From Asterias rubens (Eukaryota): a stretch of 64,000 nucleotides of DNA. The stretch is taken from contig NC_047079.1 of NCBI RefSeq assembly GCF_902459465.1, forward strand, positions 12,152,001 through 12,216,000. The letters run 5' to 3'. Below are positions 35,926 through 47,732 of the stretch, piece by piece. Under the pieces are notes generated by a model that worked only from the letters and a program-made list of their open reading frames with translations, had not been told where the DNA came from and ran no database searches. The stretch's first letter is position 1. Each line of letters opens with the position of its first letter. A program made the position numbers and the translations under genes.

Positions 35926-36310
35926 GTTTCTCACAACTTGATTGTGATTATATTAAGTTACATGTATCAGAGAGTTTTATTTTGGGCACAACCACATTTA
36001 TATTCCCTTGTCGGCCTGTTAGCGCTTCTCCGGAAGGAAACAATGACGCCATGGGTTATTACAACATGGACAATAAACATAGACTAAGCTCAATGTCATT
36101 CCTAATCCAAATCAGTAACGGTATTATTATTTGACAAAACACAACAAATAAAGTGCAAGACTTCAAAAGTAATCATCATTCCAATTGTTCTCGTCCATTT
36201 AATACTATCCAGACAGTAAGAACAGAAGTCCCCACAAATCTGCATCTGCCTATATCATTCCGATTACTTATATCAAAATAATCGCGTGATACAGAAACAC
36301 GTGCAGACAA

Positions 36311-36660
36311 TGGGGGACTTTTGGGACGCTAGGTGGCAGCAGACTTATTAGGTAAAATCACTGATCCCTATTAAAGTTTTTGTACTGTTTGTGTAGATCG
36401 GTGGGTACAATTGAATCTATTGTTTTCGGTAATGTGCTCAAAACTACGTCAACAATAGACCTTTTCGCAAATACCATTGCGCAGGCGCAAACTGTCGAAT
36501 GAGGTGCATGCTGGTCTAGCTAGTGATCAAATTTGATAGCTAGCTAGACAAGCATGCACCTCATTCCACGTATATTGTGCGCGTACCGAGTATTTGCGGT
36601 AAGGTCTATGGAAATTAACCTGGCAAGTCTGCTGCCATCTAGCGTTCAAAAATTTCCCAT
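36311..36660. mobile_element. gctaggtggcagcaga-TIR MITE with a nested palindrome (related short copy at 15953-16082)
   Basis: gggacgctaggtggcagcagactt / aagtctgctgccatctagcgttc; inner atagacctt...aaggtctat. Confidence 0.65.
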
Positions 36661-37448
36661 ACCAGACGATCATCAACCATGGTTTCACTCATTACAGATG
36701 GGATCACAAAAACACAAATAGGTGGTTTTGTTGATGCCTATACAGTTACTTATTTACTCTTCAAGAACCCATGATGTCAAATACCATTAAATTTTCAATA
36801 TATTGATTGTATTGGTGATAACGCCTTGCGCATCTCCGATTAAACACTCTGAGTAAATTCTGTTTTATCCTCCCCAATCCACCAATAGTTATTTATAAAT
36901 TCTACAATTCATACATTTGTTTTCCATACATTTGAACTGCGTTGGTTAGACGGAAGTAAACGTACTGTTGTACCAAGAGAAAGTGACGTGTTTGTTGACA
37001 CAATGACGGTCTTTGTTCGTCTCTGACTGCATTGTTCTATTCTATTGTTAAACCCAGGGACTGGGTCAGAAAGGGAAATTCCCTCCTATGAAATCTCTCT
37101 GTGGGTTGCACAACACTCATATACATGTAATAGTACTTCCATTCACACAATAGTGTTGTGCATGCAATGAGGAACAGAATATGAATAGTCTTCCCATAAA
37201 TTTGAAGCAACCTGCTTCAATTAGTACATTTCCTAGAAAACTTAAACATTACTTGTTAGATACACATCTGCAATGCCGTCATTAAATGTCGTCGTTCTTT
37301 TTAATGGGTTATGTTTGTTTGGTCTCAGCAGTCAGCTTGTGTATACAAGTTTGTTTTTTTGTCTGTCAAATAGGGAAAAGAAGAAAAGTAACATTGTATT
37401 GCTTCACGTACATTTATTATATTTTTAGTAAACCAATGTATGCATTGA

Positions 37449-37839
37449 TTAAAGACAATGGACACTATCGGTAATTGTGTAAGACCAGTCTTCTCACTTG
37501 GTGTATATCTCAACATATACATAAAACAACAAACCTGTGACAATTTGAGCTCAATCGGTCGTCGAAGTTGCGAGATAATAATGCAAGAAAAAAACACCCT
37601 TGTCACACGAAGTTGTGGGCTTTCAGATGCTTGATTTCGAGACCTCAAATTCTAAATCTGAGGTCTCGAAATCAAAACTCGTGGAAAATTACTTCTTTCT
37701 CAAAAACTACGTTACTTCAGAGGGAGCCGTTTCTCACAATATTTTATACTATCAACGGCTCCCCATTACTTGTTACCAATTAAGAGTTTTATGCTAATAA
37801 ATATTTTGTGTAATTACCAATAGTGTCCAATGCCTGTAA
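37449..37839. mobile_element. MITE family 1
   Basis: ttaaagacaatggacactatcggtaatt ... aattaccaatagtgtccaatgcc. Confidence 0.8.
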
Positions 37840-39364
37840 TTATTTGCGTTTCTACAAAATTGAGTCGGTTTCAATTTAAAATGTTTCCTGTCTGTGATGG
37901 TGAGATATCTAAATAAAAAACCCTTAAATAGGGTTTCAGTTTCAACTTTACCCACTGACTATACAGGTCTTGTAGCCCAGGCATTGGATTAACTGCTCCA
38001 TTTTTGTTTTGACAAGAACAACATGCTTAAGTTGAACCTTTTAGAACGAGGATTTGGACATGAAAAGCTAAATCATGAATTAATAAATCGCAAAAAGTTT
38101 GAGGGGAAAACAAATCAAGACTGTGTGTCATGTGCGGTGTGATGTAAACTTGATGCCCATCCCAATACAGAAACTACCCGACCCTGGGAGTAAGCAGTAG
38201 ATATTTTGAGCTCTGTACAAATTTAAAAGTATATCATGAAAATATATGTATAAAACACAATTCATTGATAAGAAGTAGGAAATTGACACATAATTTTTTT
38301 TATCAAATTTTAGACTTCCAACAAATATGTACATGGTGCTGGTTAAGATCAAACTGAGTGAATTCGGTATCAATTAATGTTACAGCTATAAAACGAAGCA
38401 TGTTTAGGTAACAGATTTGTTTTTTCCAATGCAAGAAATGTGCCAAAGTTTAACAAATAAAGAAGTTTTAAAAAGCAAAATTACATATGATTTAGTATTT
38501 AGTTAAACAGGTCAGTTGTTAATTTATTGGTAAATAATTTTCATTATGTGGCATCATTTTTGCTATGCCTCGAGTCAAGCATTAGCCTACTCCAGTCTGA
38601 ATACGTTTGGTAATGACCTAAATCAATTAATGCGATACAAACTTACGCGGTAAAAAGTACAACATGCAGCTTTTGATAATATAGTGCATTTTGAGAAACA
38701 TTTCGCTTCGAAGTGCTGCGGTTTTGCAAAAAGATATCACTTTTTATCCCCAAAAGTTTGAATATAAAAATTGTTACCGCGGTAACGCTTCTCAGATTGT
38801 GTGTTCCTATAGGGATTGTTTCCCTGCGTGGACATTCGCTCCGAAGTTGTCTGCGATATCTCAAAAACGCGACAACTTGTGTGTACAGTGTATCTACATT
38901 TATATAGACGATGTGACCTGTGACACCACATGTTTACAAAAGAGACACCAAACCTGGACTTCCTGCAGGCACGATTTATACATGCAGCCTAAGGGAAGGA
39001 AACATCAAGCTGATATTTTATGGAGATTGCACTGTCCAATTTTTATCAACTTTTGATATGATGAAATGGGGGCACATCCCACATCTTGACCAGCTTTTAC
39101 TTTCATAGCTCTTGGATTGATGTGGAATTCATGACACAAAATGTCAACTTTCCCATATGACCAGTGCAGTATATTGCCTGCCAGCCTAGCCAAAGAATGT
39201 ACAAGGTCACACTTATTGTAAACAAAGTTCACATGGTCTATATGATTAAAACAAAAGATATACAATGCCTTTAAGCTTCTCTTTGAGAATGTTTCTTGTT
39301 CTATAAAAACTTGGTTTTATTTTTGTCGCAGTTTATTGGTTGAACTAGGAGCTAAGAAAACATT

Positions 39365-41167
39365 TTAACTTTGCAAGAACTGTTTTCTCATAACACTTGC
39401 GTACGTCACTGCATCAGAAGACGAAGGAGAAGCGAGTCCGCCGTCTTGAATCTCATCTGATTGCAAATCCAAATCAGCGTAGACAAGGTGGTCTGGGTTG
39501 TCATGGGTACCCTGCTGCCTCATGGGACGAGAGACCTGGGTATCAGTAGGATCACTGGGTGCTGGGTGGGCTTCCTCCTTGGTAGAGAGACCGGCATCTG
39601 GGTGCATTGGGATTGACACTGGGTGTATTTGGGATGGAACTGTCTGGTTGTCACTGTGAGTTAGGGGATTGCTACGCTGTGCTGATTTAGGCTGATAGGG
39701 TTTAGGCTTGGGGGGTTTTGACCGTGAGGATGGAATTGGTTTGACAGTTGCCGTCGGTTTGGGGGATGTGAGTAACCCGTCACGAGAGGGCCTTGTTGTT
39801 ACATCAGAGACATTAGAAACAGCGTATCGCTGACCGTTATCAGTGGTAGTAGGTTTAAATGATTGGTCTGGTTGCTGCCTCATCGACTCATGAGCAGGGG
39901 GGTGAGCTTGGTATGGTTTAGCGTATATTAGACTTGGATCAGTCGCCTGTGCTCTTTGTGCCGGCATTGTGCCGGACGCGTCAACGTCGCGGTGCTGAGT
40001 GCTTAAATACATGGTATTGTTCTGTAATCCTTCTTGTAACGTACCAAGACCTCCGCATTCATTAAGACTGATCTGAGAATCGTCAAGTCTATTAAGAGTT
40101 TGTTCAGTGTTTGTTTGGTTGTATGACTGTACCGGTTTGGGATCTGAGAATGCGAGGCGACGTTTACGGCAAGTGATGATCAGGATAATGGTGAGAAGAA
40201 GAGCTACGACTGCAGCGGAGACTATACCAGCGATGACTGCACGGCTGAATGGTGACGACGATGGTAACCTAGTGGTTTCGTTGAACGGAGTAAACGGTGT
40301 TTCAGATGGCTGTAAAGACGTAGTGTTGGTGATTGGTGTTGGGTTTCTCATCTCGGTTGATGTCATTGAAGACATAGACGGCATACATGTGGGAGTGGGT
40401 ACCGCTGTTGGCTGAGTTATTGTGATTGGTCCAATGGTACAAGAACGTGCCATATTGGGGAAAAACTGCGCTGATGTAATGGTGCATGTGAATACAATAC
40501 AATTATCAGCTACGCCTGCTATCGAACTAGATGTCCTGATGAGTGTATCGGTGTCAACAGTGATTTGTGATGTCCATGAAGTGAAGCTAGACGTATAAAT
40601 CGAAGTTGTGACTGCTGCTATGACTGCCGGATGACCGCTCTCAGATGTACATCTCATATTCAACACTGTTCCTTCGTTTACTGTAATGGGTCCATCTGGA
40701 GAGCATATAGGGAAGGATGCATTGGGGAAGTAAAACACTGAAAGTGTAACACTGGATGAGGCTATAACGTTGTACGCTCCATCTGGTGTGGGGGAAACGA
40801 CTTTGCAGCCATACCGATTGGAATCTTCCCTTTGGACATTGATGATGGTAAAGTCTTGAACTGTCCTCCCAGTTGTCATATCTTCCTGTGTACTAAACGT
40901 GAATCGTGACTCCGCGGTTACAGTTACATCCCCCAATCTCAAGACACGGTCTGGGTTTGTTGCGCTCCATGAAACTATGTAATCCGACTGGAGGTTCATA
41001 GCGGTGCACCTCAAATCAACCTGCCCGCCCTCCTTACGATCAGCATATTGTGTTAAGAACACCGCAGATACTGTTGTTCGAGCAGTGACAACCATCAGGA
41101 GTCCGCCTGCATCAAGTGAACACCAAACACACACCAGCAACACATACATAGACATCCTTCCATCCAT
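39365..41167 (-). CDS. Ig receptor B1: intronless SP-V-C2-TM inhibitory-type receptor, 600 aa, two ITIMs
   Basis: V domain ..FTIINVQREDSNRYGC; TM AVIAGIVSAAVVALLLTIILIITC; Pro/Ser/Thr-rich tail with LVYADL and VTYASV. Confidence 0.92.
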   Translation of the reverse strand: MDGRMSMYVLLVCVWCSLDAGGLLMVVTARTTVSAVFLTQYADRKEGGQVDLRCTAMNLQSDYIVSWSATNPDRVLRLGDVTVTAESRFTFSTQEDMTTGRTVQDFTIINVQREDSNRYGCKVVSPTPDGAYNVIASSSVTLSVFYFPNASFPICSPDGPITVNEGTVLNMRCTSESGHPAVIAAVTTSIYTSSFTSWTSQITVDTDTLIRTSSSIAGVADNCIVFTCTITSAQFFPNMARSCTIGPITITQPTAVPTPTCMPSMSSMTSTEMRNPTPITNTTSLQPSETPFTPFNETTRLPSSSPFSRAVIAGIVSAAVVALLLTIILIITCRKRRLAFSDPKPVQSYNQTNTEQTLNRLDDSQISLNECGGLGTLQEGLQNNTMYLSTQHRDVDASGTMPAQRAQATDPSLIYAKPYQAHPPAHESMRQQPDQSFKPTTTDNGQRYAVSNVSDVTTRPSRDGLLTSPKPTATVKPIPSSRSKPPKPKPYQPKSAQRSNPLTHSDNQTVPSQIHPVSIPMHPDAGLSTKEEAHPAPSDPTDTQVSRPMRQQGTHDNPDHLVYADLDLQSDEIQDGGLASPSSSDAVTYASVMRKQFLQS

Positions 41168-41669
41168 TGTATTGAATCTGATTCCTTGTAGTTGTTTGAT
41201 AAGAAGTTGGATGAGGATTGGGTTGGATGAAATAGCATGAGCAGACACACAGCTTGTAGGAAATTATTGAGTAATATTGAATGTGCATGCACTTAAATAC
41301 CAAGTTTTGGTTGTATGTGCTTCCGTGTAATAAGCATCACACACCAGTGAACTTCGTCAATGATAATAATATGAACTTAGAGTTGTGTTTTTAAATGAGG
41401 GCCATATTGTCGCGGGTAACTAAATCCGGATCCCACTGCCACACGTAGTAGTGACGATGTACATATAAATTGGAAAATATGCCTCAGGCTGGTTTCATAT
41501 TCAAAGTTTTGAACTCTGAGGTGAATATTGGGAGAGGGTTGCGTGAAAGTAGGATTTTTGCTGCATATACTTGGATGCCGGTTTACGCTTATTTTCATGC
41601 ACCACAGGCCACTACTTTACGTGACTGACAGTGTGAGAAGCACAGCTGTGGTAACTTCAATGAATGTTT

Positions 41670-42160
41670 TGAGTCAAAATAGTTGTTAGCATAACAACTT
41701 ACTTGGTAACAAGCAATGGAGAGCTGTTGATAGTATAAAACAGTGTGAGAAACGGCTGCCTCTGAAGTAAAGTAGTTTTTGAGAAAGAAGTAACTCACTT
41801 AGATATTTGAACTTAATTCGAGACCTCAGCTGAGGTCTAGAAGTCAAGCATCTGAAAGCACAACCTGAGTTGACAAGGGTGTTTTTTCTCCCATAATTCT
41901 CTCGCTCGCAACTTCGATGACCAAATGAGTTCAAATTTTCATAGTTTGGTAGTTTGTTCATGTTGAGATACACCAAGTGAGAAGACTGGTCTTTGAAAAT
42001 TACCAAAGGTTTCCAGGGGTCGATTTCACAAAGGGTTAGGACTAATCCTAACTTAGGACTAGTCCTAAGAGATATCAAAAATGTACAGCTGGTCCTAAGT
42101 TAGGACGGGTAACTCGTCCTAACTCGAGATAAGACTAATCTTAACTCTTTGTGAAATCCG
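41670..42160. mobile_element. MITE family 1 fragment plus a ggggtcgatttcacaaa-type MITE (duplicated at 45590-46088)
   Basis: Family-1 body followed by gatttcacaaag..ttaggactagtcc..ctttgtgaaatcc. The same second element occurs at 5544-5685. Confidence 0.7.
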
Positions 42161-42741
42161 TTCCTGGTGCCTTTAACTGCTCCATTTTTGTTTTGACAAG
42201 AACAAGCTATTAGTTTTTTCTGTTTTTTTTTGTGTGTTGAACCTTTTAGAACGTGTTTGACCCCGGGGAAAGGCAGTGGATATTTTGAGCTCTGTACAAA
42301 AGTATATCATGAAAATAGATATGTACAACAAAAACAGTTCAATGATAAGATATAGGAAGCTAAAACATAATTTTTATTATTTTTAGATTGCCAACACTAA
42401 TGTACATGGTGCTGGGTAAGATCAAACTGAGTGAATTCGGTATTAATTAATGTTACAGCTATAAAACGAAGCGTGTTTAGATATCGGATTTGTTTTTTTA
42501 CAATGCAAGAAATGTGCAGAAGTTTAACAAACAAACAAGTTTTAAAAAGCAAAATAACCAACGATTTAGTGTTTAGTCAAACAGGTCAGTTGTTAATTTA
42601 TTGGTATTTAATTTTATTATGTGGCACAAATTTTGCTATGCCTCGAATCAAGCATTACTCCGGTCTGTATACGTTTAGTAATGACTGAAAATAAATGCGA
42701 TACAAAAACTTGAGTGGTAAAAAGTAAAGCAGCTTGGAAAG

Positions 42742-42967
42742 TTAAAGGAACACGTAGCCTTGGATCAAGTTTTTGACTCCCATGAATGGCCGACCGTGTT
42801 AGCTCGCAAAGTAAAAGAAAAACCACGCATTTTCGAGGCAAAAGTGTGTGGATAATTGGATTCTACTTTTAAAACATCTTTCTAACCATATTTTATAACA
42901 AACGGTTACAAACGCTTTTCAAATACATACTCGACCGATCCCACCCGCAGGTAACGTGTTCATTTAA
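42742..42967. mobile_element. MITE family 2, internally deleted (duplicate at 46782-47007)
   Basis: ttaaaggaacacg..ccttggatc joined directly to the centre, with one full arm. Confidence 0.7.
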
Positions 42968-43679
42968 GTGCGTTTAGAGAAACAAGTGCTGCGTTTATGG
43001 AAAAATACGTCACTTTTCATCCACCAATACTTGAATATAAAAAGCGTTAGCACGGTAACGCTTCTCAGATTGTGTATTCCTATAGGGATATTTTTTTCAG
43101 CATGGACATAATATTCGCTCCGAAAATTGTCGGCGATACTTCAAAAACGTGACCACCTTTTGAAATGAAATGTTCAGAGGTTGGTTTAATTGTATGTACA
43201 GTGTATCTACATTTTATATAATAGACGATGTGAACTGTGACATCACATGTTTACAAAAGAGACACCAAGCCTGGACTTCCTGCAGGCACGATTTATACAT
43301 GCAGCCTAAGGGAAGGATACATAAAATCTTATATTTTATTGAGATTGCACTGTCAAACTTTTATCAACTTTTGATATGATAAAATGGGGCACATCTCAAA
43401 ACTTGTCCAGCTTTTACTTTCATGACTCTTGGATTGATGTGGAAATTATGGCACAAAATGTCAACTTGCCCATATGACCAGTGCAGTATATTGCCTGCCA
43501 GCCTAGCCAAAGAATGTACAAGGTCACACTTATTGTAAACAAAGTTCACATGGTATATATGATTAAAACAAAAGATATACAATGCCTATAAGCTTCTCTT
43601 TGAGAATGTTTCTTGTTCTATAAAAAACGTGTTTTTTTTTTCACAGTTTATTGGTTGAACTATGAACTAAGAAATCCCT

Positions 43680-45092
43680 TCAACTTTGCAAGAACTGTTT
43701 TCTCATAACACTTGCGTACGTCACTGCATCAGAAGACGAAGGAGAAGGGAGTCCGCCATCTTGAATCTCATCTGATTGCAAATCCAAATCAGCGTAGACA
43801 AGGTGGTCTGGGTTGCCATGGGTACTCTGCTGCCCCATGGGACGAGAGACCTGGGTATAAGTAGGATCACTGGGTGCTTGGTGGGCTTCCTCCTGGGTAG
43901 AGAGACCGGCATCTGGGTGCGTTGGGATTGACACTGGGTGTGTTTGGGATGGAGCCATCTGGTTGTCACTGTGAGTTATGGGGTTGTTACGCTGTGCTGA
44001 TTTAGCCTGATAGGGTCTATTAAGAGTTTGTTCAGTGTTTGTTTGGTTGATGGACTGTACCGGTTTGGGATTTGAGGTTGCGAGGCGACGTCTACGGCAA
44101 GTTACGATCAGGATAATGGTGAGAAGAAGAGATACGACTGCAGCGGAGACTATACCAGCAATGACTGCAGGGCTGAATGAAGATGATACTAAATTAGAGG
44201 TATCGTTGAACGGAGTGATTGGTGTTGGGTAGCCCATCTCGTGGGGTGGCATTGAAGACGCAGTCAAACATAGTGTTCTAGTGGGAGTGGAGTCTGATGC
44301 GGAGGGGGTTATTGTTATTGGTCCAATGGTACAAGATCGTTCCATATTGGGGAAATTGACTGAAGTAATGGTGCATGTGAATGCAATACAATTATCAACT
44401 ACAACAGCTGTCAAACTAGAAGTCCTGATGAGTGTATCGGTGTCATTAAGAACTTGTGATGTCCATGGAGTGTATCTAGCAGTATAAAACGAGTGAGTGA
44501 CTACTGCTGTGACTGCCCGATGACTGCTCTCAGATGTACACTTCATATTCAACACTGTCCCTTCGTCTACTGTTATGGGCCCAGCTGGGAAGCAGATAGG
44601 GAAGGATGCATTGGGGAAGTAGAACACTGAAAGTGTAACACTGACTGAGGCTACAACGTCTTGCGCTGCTCCTCTTAGTGCGCTCCTCTCGGAACTGACT
44701 GTGCAGAAGTAATCATTAGAATCTTCCCTCTGCACATTGATGATGGTAAAGTCTTGAACAGTCATCCCAGTTATCGTATATTCCGTCGTGTTAAATAAGA
44801 ATCGTGGCCCTAAAGGGGGAACAGTTTCATTTCCAAATCTCAGGACCATCTTTGGACCTTCAGTGGTCCACGAAACAATGTGATTTGGCTGTAGGTTTGT
44901 AGCGGTACACCTTATGTCAACCTGCCCACCCTCCTTACGATCAGCCTCTGGTGTTAAGATCACCGCAGACACTTTCGGATCTGTTGTGGGTGTTACAACT
45001 GGTTGAGCAGTGACAACCATCAGGAGTCCGCCTGCATCAAGTGAACACCAAACACACAACAGCAACACATACATAGACATCCTTCCATCCAT
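43680..45092 (-). CDS. Ig receptor B2: inhibitory-type, 470 aa, short tail, two ITIMs
   Basis: Paralog of B1 with an in-frame ~129-aa tail deletion (LNR|PYQ). PTYTQV, LVYADL and VTYASV are retained. Confidence 0.92.
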   Translation of the reverse strand: MDGRMSMYVLLLCVWCSLDAGGLLMVVTAQPVVTPTTDPKVSAVILTPEADRKEGGQVDIRCTATNLQPNHIVSWTTEGPKMVLRFGNETVPPLGPRFLFNTTEYTITGMTVQDFTIINVQREDSNDYFCTVSSERSALRGAAQDVVASVSVTLSVFYFPNASFPICFPAGPITVDEGTVLNMKCTSESSHRAVTAVVTHSFYTARYTPWTSQVLNDTDTLIRTSSLTAVVVDNCIAFTCTITSVNFPNMERSCTIGPITITPSASDSTPTRTLCLTASSMPPHEMGYPTPITPFNDTSNLVSSSFSPAVIAGIVSAAVVSLLLTIILIVTCRRRRLATSNPKPVQSINQTNTEQTLNRPYQAKSAQRNNPITHSDNQMAPSQTHPVSIPTHPDAGLSTQEEAHQAPSDPTYTQVSRPMGQQSTHGNPDHLVYADLDLQSDEIQDGGLPSPSSSDAVTYASVMRKQFLQS

Positions 45093-47732
45093 TGTATTGA
45101 ATCTGATTCCTTGAAGTTGCTTGATAAGAAGTTGGATGAGTACAAAGTTGGATGAAATAGCATGAGCTGACACACAGCTTGTAGGAAAGTATTGAGTAAT
45201 ATTGAATGTGCATGCACTTAAATACCAAGTTTTGGTTGTATGTGCTTCCGTGTAATAAGCATCACACACCAGTGAACTTCGTCAATGATAATAACATGAA
45301 CTTAGAGTTGTGCTTTTAAATGAGGGCCATATTGTCGCGGGTAACTAAACCCGGATCCCACTGCCACACGTAGTAGTGACGATGTACATATAAATTGGAA
45401 AATATGCCTCAGGCTGGTTTCATATTCAAAGTTTTGAACTCTGAGGTGAATATTGGGAGAGGGTTGCGTGAAAGTAGGATTTTTGCTGCATATACTTGGA
45501 TGCGTTTCCGCTTATTTTCAAGCACCACACGCCACTACTTTACGTGACTGACAGTGTGAGAAGCACAGCTGTGGTAACTTCAATGAATGTTTTGAGTCAA
45601 AATAGTTGTTAGCATAACAACTTACTTGGTAACAAGCAATGGAGAGCTGTTGATAGTATAAAACATTGTGAGAAACGGCTGCCTCTGAAGTAACGTAGTT
45701 TTTGAGAAAGAAGTTACTCACTTAAATATTTGAATTTAATTCGAGACCTCAGCTGAGGTCTAGAAGTCAAGCATCTGAAAGCACAACCTGAGTTTACAAG
45801 GGTGTTTTTTCTCCCATAATTCTCTCGCTCGCAACTTCGATGACCAAATGAGTTCAAATTTTCACAGTTTGGTAGTTTGTTCATGTTGAGATACACCAAG
45901 TGAGAAGACTGGTCTTTGAAAGTTATCAAAGGTTTCCACTGGTCGATTTCACAAAGAGTTAGGACTAGTCCTAACTCAGGACTAGTCCTAAGAGATATCA
46001 AAAATGTACAGCTAGTCCTAAGTTAGGACGGGTAACTCGTCCTAACTCGAGATAAGACTAGTCCTAACTCTTTGTGAAATCCACTCCTGGTGCATTTAAC
46101 TGCTCCATTTTTGTTTTGACAAGAACAAGCTATTAGTTTTTTTCTGGTTTTGTGTGTGTTGAACCTTTTAGAACGAGGATTCGGACATGGGAAGCAAAAT
46201 CATGAGTTAGTAAATCGCAAAAAGTTTGAGCAAAAAAAATCAAGACTGTGTGTCTTGATCGGTTGTGCCGTAACTTGATGCCCAATAAAGAAAGTGTTTG
46301 ACCCCGGGGAAAGGCAGTGGATATTTTGAGCTCTGTACAAAAGTATATCATGAAAATAGATATGTACAACAAAAACAGTTCAATGATAAGATATAGGAAG
46401 CTAAAATATAATTTTTATTATTTTTAGATTGCCAACACTAATGTACATGGTGCTGGGTAAAATCAAACTGAGTGAATTCGGTATTAATTAATGTTACAGC
46501 TATAAAACGAAGCGTGTTTAGATATCGGATTTGTTTTTTACAATGCAAGAAATGTGCAGAAGTTTAACAAACAAACAAGTTTTAAAAAGCAAAATAACCA
46601 ACGATTTAGTGTTTAGTCAAACAGGTCAGTTGTTAATTTATTGGTATTTAATTTTATTATGTGGCACAAATTTTGCTATGCCTCGAATCAAGCATTACTC
46701 CGGTCTGTATACGTTTAGTAATGACTGAAAATAAATGCGATACAAAAACTTGAGTGGTAAAAAGTAAAGCAGCTTGGAAAGTTAAAGGAACACGTTGCCT
46801 TGGATCAAGTTTTTGACTCCCATGAATGGCCGACCGTGTTAGCTCGCAAAGTAAAAGAAAAACCACGCAATTTCGAGGCAAATGTGTGTGGATAATTGGA
46901 TTCTACTTTTAAAACATCTTTCTAACCATATTTTATAACAAACGGTTACAAACGCTTTTCAAATACATACTCGACCGATCCCACCCGCAGGCAACGTGTT
47001 CATTTAAGTGCGTTTAGAGAAACAAGAGCTGCGTTTATGGAAAAATACGTCACTTTTCATCCCCCAATACTTGAATATAAAAAGCGTTAGCACGGTAACG
47101 CTTCTCAGATTGTGTATTCCTATAGGGATTTTTTTCAGCATGCACATAATATTAGCTCTGAAAATTGTCGATGTCTCAAAAACGTGACCACCTTTTGGAA
47201 TGAAATGTTCAGAGGTTGGTTTAATTGTATGTACAGTGTATCTACATTTATATAATAGACGATGTGACCTGTGACACCACATGTTTACAAAAGAGCCACC
47301 AAGCTTGGACTTCCTGCAGGCACGATTTATACATGCAGCCTAAGGGAAGGATACATAAAATCTTATATTTTATTGAGATTGCACTGTCAAACTTTTGTCA
47401 ACTTTTGATATGATGAAATGGGGCACATCTCAAAACTTGTCCAGCTTTTACTTTCATGACTCTTGGATTGATGTGGAAATCATGACACAAAATGTAAACT
47501 TGCCCATAATGACCAGTGCAGTATCTTGCCTGCCTGACTAGCCAAAGAATGTACAAGGTTACACTTATTGTAAACAAAGTTCACATGGTCTATATGATTA
47601 AAACAAAAGATATACAATGCCTTTAAGCTTCTCTTTGAGAATGTTTCTTGTTCTATAAAAACTGTTTTTTTGTCGCAGTTTATTGGTTGAACTAGGAGCT
47701 AAGAAAACCCTTCAACTTTGCAAGAACTATTT

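Noticed and set aside
35619-36134. 171-aa plus-strand ORF
   Set aside because: It spans SINE-derived and GC-rich repeat sequence, with no recognisable domain or splice support.
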